Below are positions 52,656 through 64,000 of a stretch of 64,000 nt of DNA, piece after piece. Both the position numbers and the translations under genes were made by a program. The notes beneath the pieces are model-generated. The model saw only the letters and a list, made by a program, of their open reading frames with translations. It was not told where the DNA came from and searched no databases. The stretch is from Eledone cirrhosa (taxonomy: Eukaryota): positions 189,472,001-189,536,000 of the forward strand of contig OZ024743.1 of the NCBI GenBank assembly GCA_964016885.1. Direction: 5' to 3'. The number at the start of each line of letters is the position of its first letter. Position 1 is the first letter of the stretch.

Positions 52656-54068
52656 CTCACATTATGTACCCTGAATGACATTATCAAATGTGTCCTTTAT
52701 AAAGATGGTAAAAGATGATTTAAGTGAATTTGACTGCTATTTCTAACATATCGTTCAACAGCTTGGTAGCACCCTACTTCAGTCAGGGAGATGGCATGAG
52801 CAATGTTAGTGATAGTGTTAACAATAATAGTGGTGCTGACAGTGATAGTGGTTGAAATATATACTAAGATTTGTTTAATCTTTGTAATTAACTCCCTTTA
52901 CACTGTATAGAACAAGCAATGGTGAAAAGAGCAAGGCTTCTTGGAGCAAGTTCAAAAGCAAACGATTTCTATTTATTAAAGAAATGAGATTCTGGGAGAA
53001 TAGCTTTTGTATTTGAATATACAGAACTGGAAGAGATCAACAAGCAATCAATGAGATGGGAAGAATTGACATGATGAAGAAACATTAATAATGTCAATTT
53101 TCATTAGAAGAGAAAAAGGCTTAAGAAGTTTGTTTTAGTACAGAAGGTAACTAGATAAGGCAAAAAAAAAAAGCAAAATGAAGAAAGAAGATGAAAAAGA
53201 AAATATATTAGAATCGAGATAGTGTGCTGAGTTAGTCAAGAGGTTCCTCTAATCTTAAATCTCATAACAGATTTTAGGCTTGCAAAGTGAAAGAGGAATT
53301 CAGTGGTTAATGGGTGGTGTTGAAGAAGAGGAAATGAATTTTCTCAATAAATTCCTTGGAAATGATTTAGACTATTAAATGTACCGGTAATACTTTACTC
53401 TGCAGGAAATGAAGAAGCATGAGATACTATCATCAAACAATTGCGTCTTACTTTCTAAGCTATCTATCTCTTTATCTTCATAATTGAAAAGATTTAGAAT
53501 AGCATTTTGTAACTCTGTAACTCTGAAGTAACAGCAATGGCATAATCTAACAGAAAAACTACTTATTAATATGTATGATTTACATTTAATATAGTATATA
53601 TATTGATTTTTAGGTACTTTGTGAAGTGGTAGTACTGGTGCTATAATAAATAGCACCTAGTCCATCCTTGTAAGGTGGTGGTAGTACTGTTGCCACAAAG
53701 AAAAGCAGTTATTTAACAGCTCCACCTTACACTTGGGTACCTTTAGCAAAATCCATTCCACTCTTTTGTAAGCTCTTAGTTCAGGTCTTTGGTTTAAGAA
53801 TACTTTCCTCTTTCACTGCCACCAGTCACAAATACCCCTGAAAAACCTTTCCTCCTGATGGACTTCTCTCTCTTGCTCTCTCTCTCTCTTTATATATATA
53901 TTATATATATATATCCAGGGAGTGTAACTTGGAGTTACTGTAGGTTCACCCGGGTGAGCACTCGATGTTTAGGTTCACTTCAGAGTGGAGGTGTAGAGCT
54001 AGACAGAGTCTATTATAGTGAAAAGATAACAAGGACGATTGATTACTCCTTCATTACGTTTATTGGTT

Positions 54069-54128
54069 GGTGACGCGTGTTTCGCCAATAATCAGCTCAA
54101 GGTTTGATCTGTATCGATCTTACATGAC
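54069..54128 (-). ncRNA. Degenerate hammerhead-like motif
   Basis: 3' half ttggc-GAAAC-acgc-GTC-acc..AATAAA is intact and a long stem II is present; the CUGAnGA box is decayed (atgtaaga). Confidence 0.4.
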
Positions 54129-54714
54129 TCTGTAATCTGCAGCTCACCGGACCCCTTGTAATGCTAGTAGAAAATATATATATATATATATATACATATG
54201 ATGTGTGTGTGTGAATGTGTGTGTGTATATATATAAGGAGAGAGAGAGGGAGTTGTATATATATATATATATATATGTCATCATTATCATAATTTAACAT
54301 ATGCGTTCCCTGATAGCAAGGGTTGGATCGGTCTACACAGATCAAGTCATTACTGAAGTGGGATTCGTGACATCCTAGATAGGCCAAGTGGTCTGTATCC
54401 TACATATATACAGTCTTTATTGAGTGTAGAGTAGAAGTTGTCATGTCTCTTGCAGATCACTCTCGTAAGTTTGTTGTTATTTCATTGTTATGCAATGTGT
54501 TTTGTAGAACATTTAATATTGTTTTAGAGTTAAACTAACCAGTATGCTTGTGAGCTCATCAGTTTTTCTCAACTTGTAACCTTTAGGTCATAAACCTGTC
54601 TTTATTTTCCAAAGATCTCTCTCAATATTTTGTCAAAATAATATGGTGGATGACAAAACTTTCTCTACTAATTTCAATGGTTGGATAGATGCAAGATAGA
54701 AGAGTTGGCTGTCA

Positions 54715-55085
54715 CCACCACCACTACAGACAAAACTAACAATAGCAACAATAAAAATAACAACACCAATAACTACAATAACAATACCACCACTAACAAC
54801 ACTAACAACAACAGCAACAGCAATGAAGACATCACCAACAATAACCAAAACTGAAAATCACCTGCAGAAGGAGGTATGCATGAACTTGATTTCCCACCAC
54901 TGCCAAGGCCTGCCATTGTGAATACACTTCCCTTGCTACTATCAGCAACACCACCACAACAATAACAAAAAATATAACACAAACAAACAACAAAAGCATA
55001 AGTAACAAAATCAATTACGACAACAGTAACAGCATCAATAATAACATGAACAGCAACAACAGCAATAACAACAATAACAACATTC
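54715..55085. repeat. (ACA/ATA)n low-complexity tract
   Basis: Direct observation. Confidence 0.85.
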
Positions 55086-55289
55086 ACTTCAATGGATTCA
55101 AAAGTAGCTGAACTATTCCGAATAGACTTACAAAACAAAAAAGATGACATTTGGCACAAGCAGCCAGACTAATTTAGTACCAAAATACAAGAGCTGAAAT
55201 AGCCATCCCACTGGTGGTGTTGGTATCAAGGGACCCCTTTCATCAGTTTTCCTAGGCATTTGGTCTTGATAGCTTTTCATCACTGCCTC

Positions 55290-56145
55290 AGCAAACAGGC
55301 ATAGTACTCTTCATGGTGTGGCTCCTTTGATGATAGTCAATAAACACAATTCCTGTTGCATCCCAAAAAACTGTGGCCATCACCTTCCCTGCAGATAAAA
55401 CGACCTTGGCCTACTTTGGAGCAGATGAGGAGAGGTGTTTCCACTGCATGGACTGCATGTTTGTCTCTGGCTTGATGAAGTGATGAGCCCAATACTCATT
55501 CTGGGTTAGGAATCGTTCAAGGAAACTAGCTGGATCTGTCCCAAACAAGGTCATATCTTTCAATGATGTGATCAGCCTGGCGGATTTTTGACCAGGTGTC
55601 AAAAGACATGGCACCCACTGAGCAGAAACATTTATCATGCCAAGTTCATTGTGCAGAATATTTTCAACCCTCTCATGGAAAAGGCTAATTGAATTGGCTA
55701 TTTGAGTTATAGTCAATTGCTTTTCTTTCATCACCATGTGATGAACACGATCAATATTTTCCTTATTGGTGGCAGTTGCACGACATTAGATTCTTAGGTC
55801 ATCTTCAAGACTCTCTTCCCCTCTTAAATGCTGCTGCCCACATTTGCCCTGTCAGTAAATGGTGTCACCAACTACTGTAGGAACCATGTCTGCATGATTG
55901 TCCTTAGAAACTAAATAAACCTTTTTTCTACAAGTACTTGATTACACCACCATGCCAAATTTTGTTTATTTTCAATAGAAGTTGCTACTAGTTATTTTTA
56001 AAATCTTCTTTGAACAGTCAGGTGTCATTTTACCTGAAAAAAAACAAAACAATGTAGTTATCAATAAGAAGAGCTGAAATTAATGCATGCAGCATTTCAC
56101 TGCACTTGCATCACATTTTCATAGTCAACTTTTCAGGCAACCATT
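55290..56145 (-). mobile_element. mariner transposon, 5' part, decayed
   Basis: ILHNELGMINVSAQWVPCLLT (WVPxxL), FLERFLTQNEYWAHHF.PET.MQSMQW, SAGKVMATVFWD. Confidence 0.85.
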
Positions 56146-57294
56146 GAATCCTGGCACTTCATTTATCAACCTTTAAATTGTGAAAACCAAAGTTGACCTC
56201 AGCAAGATCTGAATCCAGGACACAAAAAATCAGAACAAATGCAACAAAGCACTTCCTCTTTTGCCAATTTGATGTCTTTCTCAAGTAAATTCATGTTGAA
56301 TACCTTTTACCATAGGTTTACTTGATCAGAAATGAGCTGGGGCTCAATAACACTACCATACATGATTTCTGATAATAGCCTGAACATTTAATAAACACCT
56401 AAAATATGTATAATGTTTACCTATTTACACACTATTAAGTTAGCTAAAAGTAAGTTTTGTGTGAAAGATGGCATCTACAGCTGATAAATTAGAATGTTCA
56501 CCTTAAATATAATCATTATCATTTATTGTCAATAAAGCAAACACATTTTAGACAAATTCTGTCAATAAACAAATGAAATAATTATTGGAACATCAAATTT
56601 GTATTTGTGAATGTAAACATAATTGTGTCCATGTAAATATTTATGTAAACATATTTACATGTGTAAACATTCCTGTAAATATATTTATTCTTAAGTAATT
56701 TTCATAATGTAAACAGTTATTATTACCAATTTTCATAATGTAAACAGTTATTATTACCAATTTTCTATTTGTAATCAGATTTATTCATATTGAAAAATTG
56801 TGCATGATAAAGAGTTAGCATGTGATCAGAAAATGATGAAATGATAAATTTGATAGTTCTTGTTAGAATATATATTAGCTCTCACATAACAGAGGCGGGT
56901 ATTCACATATCAGTTTGTAAATAATTTATAAAAGTGACTTTTATGGGTAAATAGTTATATTGCTGTTTTGACAGCAAACAAAGAAGATGAGTTATAGAAA
57001 ATACCTTAAGGTTTTTAATTAATTCACTTTGTTCTTTTATATGATTTATACCTTCTGCTACAGCCATGCTTGATGAACTGAGTCCAAGGGTTTCAGGTGT
57101 TTTATATATATGCACAGAGAAGCACACACACACACATACACACAGATATTGTAACTTAGCTGTTTTACCAAAAAGAGATTGATAAAATAAGTTAATGAAA
57201 AAGAATTGATATGATTAACTAAATCAATGCAGCGCCCCAACATGGTCTCAGTCCACTGTCTGAAACTAATAAAAGAATATATATATATATATAG

Positions 57295-57671
57295 TAATAA
57301 TAATAAATTTGAAGACTAAAATCCAAAGAGGGCTCGATAAGGATAAATATATATCAAATATATAAGAACCGTAGAGCAAATATTTATTAAAATAACAGAT
57401 TAAAGTTTAAGCAAAGAATCGCTGCTTTCACCCTTAACGGGATCTTCTGAAACTATCAAAGTCAACCTGTAAACGCAGAGCTGGATATTTAAAAAAACGT
57501 TGCAACTGGAGGAAGACAGGAAGACGATATCGTCTTCCTGTCTTCCTCCAGTTGCAACGTTTTTTTAAATATCCAGCTCTGCGTTTACAGGTTGACTTTG
57601 CTAGTTTCAGAAGATCCCGTTAAGGGTGAAAGCAGCGATTCTTTGCTTAAACTTTAATCTGTTATTTTAAT
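57295..57671. mobile_element. Palindrome family P1: 286-bp zero-spacer hairpin (57386-57671) plus unpaired tail on the left
   Basis: Centre gacgat|atcgtc at 57528/57529; only one mismatch noticed between arms. Confidence 0.9.
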
Positions 57672-58689
57672 TAATATATATATACATTTTCTGTCTATCA
57701 AATTCACCACAAGTCGTTGGTACAGTCTAACTATTGCAAGGGCTGCACATCAGGATTGAACCCTGGAGCACATGGCTGCAATGAAAATATTTTACCCCCA
57801 CGAGCATGCGAACATAAATAATATCGGTAAGATGTAAGCCAATATAATCTATAACATTGTTGAGTTAATTGGTTACTCAACTTATATCCCCACTATGTTC
57901 AGGTAGCAAGGAGGTTTGCTAGGAACCCACTAAGACAAAAACAAAACTCTTCAGAGGCTGGACGAATTTAGCAGAGTCCACAGCCTCCTAATATCCCAGC
58001 ATGATGCTATAGATATATTTGAGGTAGTAATGAACCATGTATTAGGACCACTAGGAGCGTTGAACTATTTTTAGTCAAAACACCCATCCTAGGAGATGGC
58101 AAATCCAAATTCAAATCACACTATCTTCAGATAAAGCAGATTTTCAACTAGGGACAAATAGTTTCAGTATTTCATGAGTGCAAGAAATAGATGAAGACTA
58201 ATTGATACAAACCTGACAGAAGTATCGGCATTGAGCCAGGTAGTTTCTAGCTAAACTCCATCAAGTTTATGACACCTCCTGTACCTTGTCTCATCTCTAG
58301 ATATCTTAAATATGTCTTGTCACTGGTCTCAAATAATTCAGGATGAGAGAGTGATGCTGTGCAAGTCATAGTTTTTGGTCCAACCATCAAAAATTGTACC
58401 TAACTTCTGTGATGATGGAGAATTGACAAAGTAGTAGATGTGGATATTCTGGCAGTAGTGAAATCTGCACACAGGTGGATTATGATTCTCATTGTCTTCT
58501 ACTAACCAAAGAAACAGTGGAACCTGGTATCATCCTGAATGACTAAGAAGCCATCTACAGGAATACACTCCTCCCCTCCTATGAAGAAGTGACTCGAAAA
58601 TGCATCCTAATTATTTACTTCTTCATCATACCTAGACCAGTTAACTGTAACTAACAGTGATTCCGTGCAACAGTTGAAACAATGCAAAA

Positions 58690-58900
58690 CACAAAAACAT
58701 ACTTACATTCACTTTCATAACATGAAACATATATACTCTCCTGGACAACACCAAAACTGACAGAGCAGAAAGATATACTGCTTTGAATGCCATATAATTC
58801 ACTTGCTACATTGTGTATATTGCCACACTATCAGAAACATGCTTCACTAAAGACAGCCAACAGACTAAGAGTTGTGCTGGCTACACCTTATGTTGGTTTT
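58690..58900 (+). mobile_element. RTE-BovB-like endonuclease N-terminal remnant
   Basis: NIYTLLDNTKTDRAERYTAL..IATLSETCF..AGYT. Confidence 0.6.
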
Positions 58901-60353
58901 GTATTTTATCATGGCACCAACACCTGAGAGATTGTCATAAGCCCCACCAGATAGAAGAGGTCTCTTTACTGTATATCATTTCTATTAACTCATCATTCTA
59001 TTTTCAATCACCACTAGAATGATTAACATATGTCTGTCCAGACTTGAGTCCTCTTTCACCATCGCAATATGTACTGGGTGCTGCATTTTATCACGGCATC
59101 AGTAATAGAGAGATTGTCATAAACCCAGCCAGACTGGGGTTCTCTCTACCTTATATTCTCTTTGTTCAATCGCCAACTCCATAGCAGAATACACCCACTT
59201 TAAAACTGTAACAAATCTTACAAAATACAGATGGTTCTGAATCAATTGCAGATCAACCTTGTTCAAGAATCTTCATTCTATTGTAAGATTATTTTATTAT
59301 TTCTCAAATAATTGATCTGGATAGCTCGTTTGATAACAGAAAGAATTCTAAAAGTTTATGTTTTCCGAAATCGGTCCTTATTTTACTTTTAATTGACTCT
59401 TACAAAAAGCAGGGGTGTGGTGTAGCTGTTCCAAAAACCTGGATGCACACTCAAACTGTTATTTTCTTCAAGGAACCAGCCATAGAAACCAAGCCAACAA
59501 TGAGCTGTGGTCACCTGAGAAATCTAGCCTCAGTACATAACAACCTATCTAAACCATGTAAGCATAGTAAACAGAATTTAAATGGTGATGATGATAACGT
59601 TATTGAGTTCCAGACACATATAATCTTCAATTACCTGATTTTCAATAGTTTGTTTCACTTGTCTGCACTCTATGTTCAATTCTGACATGCTTCAGGTCTC
59701 TAAAATTAGATATGCACTTGAAATTTGTAACCTTAGTTCACATAATTATATGCATCCTCTATTGTTTGTAGAACAATAACAGCAAGTAATTTTTATAAAG
59801 ATTCAATTTCTTTACAAAGCCTATATTACGAATATCACTGAGTGCTCTACAAGTTTCTTTTGAATATTTGTTATACTTCCCATATATTTTATAATTTATA
59901 AATTACATAGTCTCCAATTCTGAAAATTCTATGTCCCTTGAAGATAAAAATTCTACAAATCATAATTTTTACATGTTTCTAAAATAAACAAGATATATAA
60001 ATTTATAAGATAAAGTTCTAAAGATCATGTTAAAAATCTCTTATGAGAAAAGAAACTGTTTAATTTAATAAGGTGAAAGATATTACACTATTGAGCTGTA
60101 ACCCAAGTTTCCTCTAAACATATTGTTCAGTTAGATAAATATATACTGAAAAAATTGTTATAAATATTTGAAAACTAATTCAAAAAGCCAAATATGTCAT
60201 ATATCATAAACTATATTGTAAATAGCATTTCTGAACATAGCATTGTCAGTTCTTTAAAGTCAATCAAAAGTTTTCTTTTACTTTTTGAAGTATAGTTTCC
60301 TAAATCACTCTCTGTATATAGAGATAGATAGCTAGAAAGATACAGACACACAG

Positions 60354-60430
<77 letters not shown>

Positions 60431-60781
60431 ACTTAATTATAATACTATGATGTCTGTTGAGAGAAAATATTTTATTTTGATGTAAAATATTTAGAATAAA
60501 AACCATATAATAAAGAATTGTTTTGCAGTTCTTTGATATCAAACTGTCATTTTCTTGTTGTAAACATTATTACTAAAATAGTATAACCATTATAATTTCT
60601 CTCTTTCTTTATGAGTATATATATATATGTACATCATCATCATCATCGTTTAACGTCCATATTCCACGCTTACATATATCATTATTATCATCATCATCAT
60701 CATCGTTTAACTTCTACTTTCCATGCTGGCATGGGTTAGATGGGGCATGTATATATATATATATTTATATATATATATATA

Positions 60782-62315
60782 TCATCATCATCATCATCAT
60801 CACCGTTTACGTCCGTTCTTCCACGCTAGCATGGGTTAGACGGGTTGTCCTGTTGTGGGCAGTGTCTGGTCGGCTGACCATGCCTTGCTCATACAGGAAC
60901 TGATTTGGCTGGATTTCTACAGCTGGATGCCCTTCCTAACACCAACCTCATTTACAGTGAGTGCTGGGTGCTTTTTCGTGGCGCCTACACGTCCACTTTA
61001 CAGTGTGGGCTGGGTGCTTTTTTGCCGTGGCACCTCCACGACCATCTTGCGGTGGGAGGTGTGGGGGCATATTGTCTATATGCTTCAGCTTGTACCCATG
61101 GGAGGTCGGGTACTCTGTATTACTGCGTGACGCCAGAGGTCGCGGTCGTGTGTCATCGCCTTTGAGAGGTGTAATTGGGTAAGGTCGGCTTTTATCACCT
61201 CATCCCAGGTCATCATGGGTCTCCCCACTCCGCGGTTTCCATCAACTTCTAGTGCTCTGCACCTTTTTATGCAGCTGTCATCCTTCATACGCATCACATG
61301 TCCATACCAGCACAACCGCCTCTCCTGCACACAGCATTTGATTCCCCTTATGCTCAGTCTCTCTCTCAATTCATTTATGCTTTGTCGTTCACGTATATTA
61401 CTGTTACACATCCATCGTTTCTCTCTAATCTTCGTAAGTCTTCCACCTTCAGCGCCCAGGTCTCACTACCATGCAACATTGATGTTCGGATACACGCATC
61501 ATACAGTCTGCCTTTCATTCTGAGGGAGAAGCCTTTTGCAGCTAGCAGTGGTAGTAGTTCCCTAAACTTCTTCCATCCCGTTCTTACCCTAGTTATTGTA
61601 CTTTCTGAACACCCACCTCCGCTGCTAATTCGGTCACCTAGTTAGCAGAAGCTGTCTACTGTTTCTACAGAGCCCTCCCAGAGATTGGTGGTACTTGTTT
61701 CCTGTGGCTGTTTGCTGCTTGCTGTCCCAGCACAGCTGCTGCATGTGAAGTCTACATTCTTAATTAAGCTTCCTGAGATCCCTCTACATCTCTTGTGTAC
61801 CCATTGTTTGCATTTGGGGCAGAGAATGGAGTTCCTACCTACACCTTTCCTACATACTGAGCAAGGCCATTTCCCTGAGGGGATCTGGGTTCTGTTTTCT
61901 CGTCTACCTACAAGGACCTTAGTCTTTGTCATGCTGACTTTGAGACCCTTTCTTTCTAGTCCCTGCTTCCAAGTTTGGAATTTATTCTCTAGTTCTACCA
62001 TAGATTCAGCTATGAGTGCGAGATCATCAGCATACAGGAGTTCCCATGGGCATACGGTCTTAAACTCCTCCGTTATTACCTGCAGGACTATGATGAACAG
62101 GAGGGGGCTAAGAACAGAGCCCTGGTCGACCCCAACCTGTACGCTAAATTCCTCGCTATACTCATTGCTAATCCTAACTTTGCTGACTGCTCCCCTATAC
62201 ATGGCTTGTACCACTTTCACAAGCCATTAATCTACTCCTAGTTTTCTAAGAGCCCACCAGATTACAGCACGTGGAACTCTGTCAAAGGCTTTCTCAAGGT
62301 CGACAAATGCCAAGT

Positions 62316-62317
<2 letters not shown>
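60782..62317 (-). mobile_element. RTE LINE, 5'-truncated, relatively young (RT + PHD-like finger + 3' UTR)
   Basis: LAFVDLEKAFDRVP, QGSVLSPLLF, LLYADDL, C4HC3 finger, RRLCWYGHVMR, (TGA)n tail; 28-bp flanking duplication. Confidence 0.95.
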
Positions 62318-62357
<40 letters not shown>

Positions 62358-62736
62358 GCTGGCATGGGTTAGATGGGGCATGTATATATATATATATATA
62401 CTAAAAATTAATGTGTCCCTAATACTTAGACATCTCAATGAATGGGTAAAATATACAGCTAAAATTTCACTGAAAGAAGCAATTTAACATATATAAACTT
62501 ATGCCAAAAAAGAGACTTATTTAGAGGTGACCATTACTTGCTTTGTTATAGCTACATCACTGGATTGTGAGAGTTTTCCTGGTATCTAATAGTGTTACTC
62601 ATTGCACCACCCCCTCTAGTAGTTTACTGCTTTTGGTCTGGGGGTGTATATTTATCTGGCAAGATGGAGCCTGCTTATATTGCAACTAACCATCGTCTTC
62701 TGGTGGGTGTATCACTATCTACTACCTATAACCCAT

Positions 62737-63065
62737 TCTCTAGGTTCTCAAACGTTTTGAGCCACCCAACCCCACACGGCCACATATTACCCTCAGCACC
62801 CCTATACCTATTTCCAGAGAGACCTACCTACATGCAAATTGTAAATAATATATAATAAATAAAATCGTTAATGCATATATTGTAAATAATATAATATATA
62901 CTACGTATGAATAAATATTATGTTTCTTATTTTACTATATTTAAATATAATATTTAATATTTAATATACTATATCATCTCTACCACCCCCTTAGGCTCTA
63001 GCACTCTGTGGACCTTTTCAATGCCCCCGGAGAGCAGTAGCACCCATTCTAGCAGAACTGCTCTA
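62737..63065. mobile_element. Possible degenerate hAT-type MITE
   Basis: ctaggttctcaaacg at the left and gcagaactgctcta at the right; AT-rich centre. Confidence 0.35.
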
Positions 63066-64000
63066 CCGAGAAATTGTGTTTATTATACATGAAAATATTG
63101 TGCATACTTTCTTGTGTAATCTATATTGACATATATATACTTACAAGTTTGGTCAGAACAGAATGATATTTCTTAATCACAGAATAATGTGATCAGAAAG
63201 CTAGTGTTAAATTGTCATCTGATATAATTATTTGAAATGTTTTGATAAATATACCATAAGCAAAACTCTAATAACTTGCTTTGTAGACTAGTATCAAAAC
63301 ACAGTGGAGGTTAAAATGACACAATTAATCTTCTTCAAAGGTAGAAAGAAAAATAAATGATAACTATTTATTCAATAAATATAGTCTGATTGGTTTCATC
63401 TGCTTGAAGAATAGAAGAGGAAATAATCTAATATCTAGTATAATGAGGTTCCGGACTTGGCTAAATTTGATTTTCATTTCAAATTGATGTGAAGGTTTAC
63501 TTTTTGTACGTTAAAGGTACATATTTAAATTACTTCAATCTAAATTGACAATGATCAACTTAATATGCTCTGGGGTGTGTGGACCCTAGGAGTACACATG
63601 AGCATGTTTTGACAAAAGTGACGATTTTCAAATGAATCTAATGTTTGTGTTAATAGTCCAATTTGAACATGGTTGGTTTCATTTACTTTCAAGGGAATAT
63701 CTTAAATCGTATTTACAAATATTTTATTTGTAAGACTATTTGTTTAATATATCATTTGACAGATAATTAAAAATACAATTAAGAACGGACTTTATTCAAT
63801 ATTATGTTCATGATTTATAAAGGCAATATCAACAATTTCTAAGAACAAAAACGTAAACAAGGCAAAAATTAATGCCTTAAAGGAACATAAAAGCAGTTGA
63901 TATCACTGAAAACCCAACTAACTTAGAACTCTTGATTTTGTCGGGTCCTAATATTTTACTGTCTTTTGAACTAATTCTCACAAATAATTCATGTGGTTGA

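Noticed and set aside
53375-53530. Possible minus-strand exon (VTELQNAILNLFNYEDK..)
   Set aside because: No recognisable homology and a weak donor site
56697-56758. 31-bp tandem duplication
   Set aside because: Ordinary slippage duplication
57386-57671. Palindromes as pure assembly artefacts or fixed-TIR MITEs
   Set aside because: They recur in the same family with different centres, arm mismatches and asymmetric tails; an artefact is not fully excluded without reads

Overview
AT-rich eukaryotic intergenic or intronic DNA, dominated by (TA)n/(CA)n microsatellites and transposon debris. The SINE/RTE repertoire resembles an octopus-like mollusc (inference). No intact host gene is visible; most ORF-track entries are microsatellite or antisense artefacts. 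Recognisable elements: RTE and RTE-X LINE fragments (one family carries a C4HC3 PHD-like finger), two tRNA-derived SINE families, a CRE-clade fragment, Gypsy, mariner, hAT, Helitron and piggyBac-like remnants, and several Penelope-like element (PLE) fragments. The main signal is about 12 type I hammerhead ribozyme (HHR) motifs (CUGAnGA-stem II-GAAA-stem III-NUH, usually followed by AATAAA) from at least 7 unrelated sequence families. Many lie in fold-back inverted repeats inserted in (TA)n with 3' ends facing outward. One is a non-coding, circularly permuted ~306-310 nt HHR monomer (retrozyme-like) at two loci, and a separate family forms zero-spacer 244-286 bp palindromes. All folding and translation was done by eye, and element boundaries are approximate.
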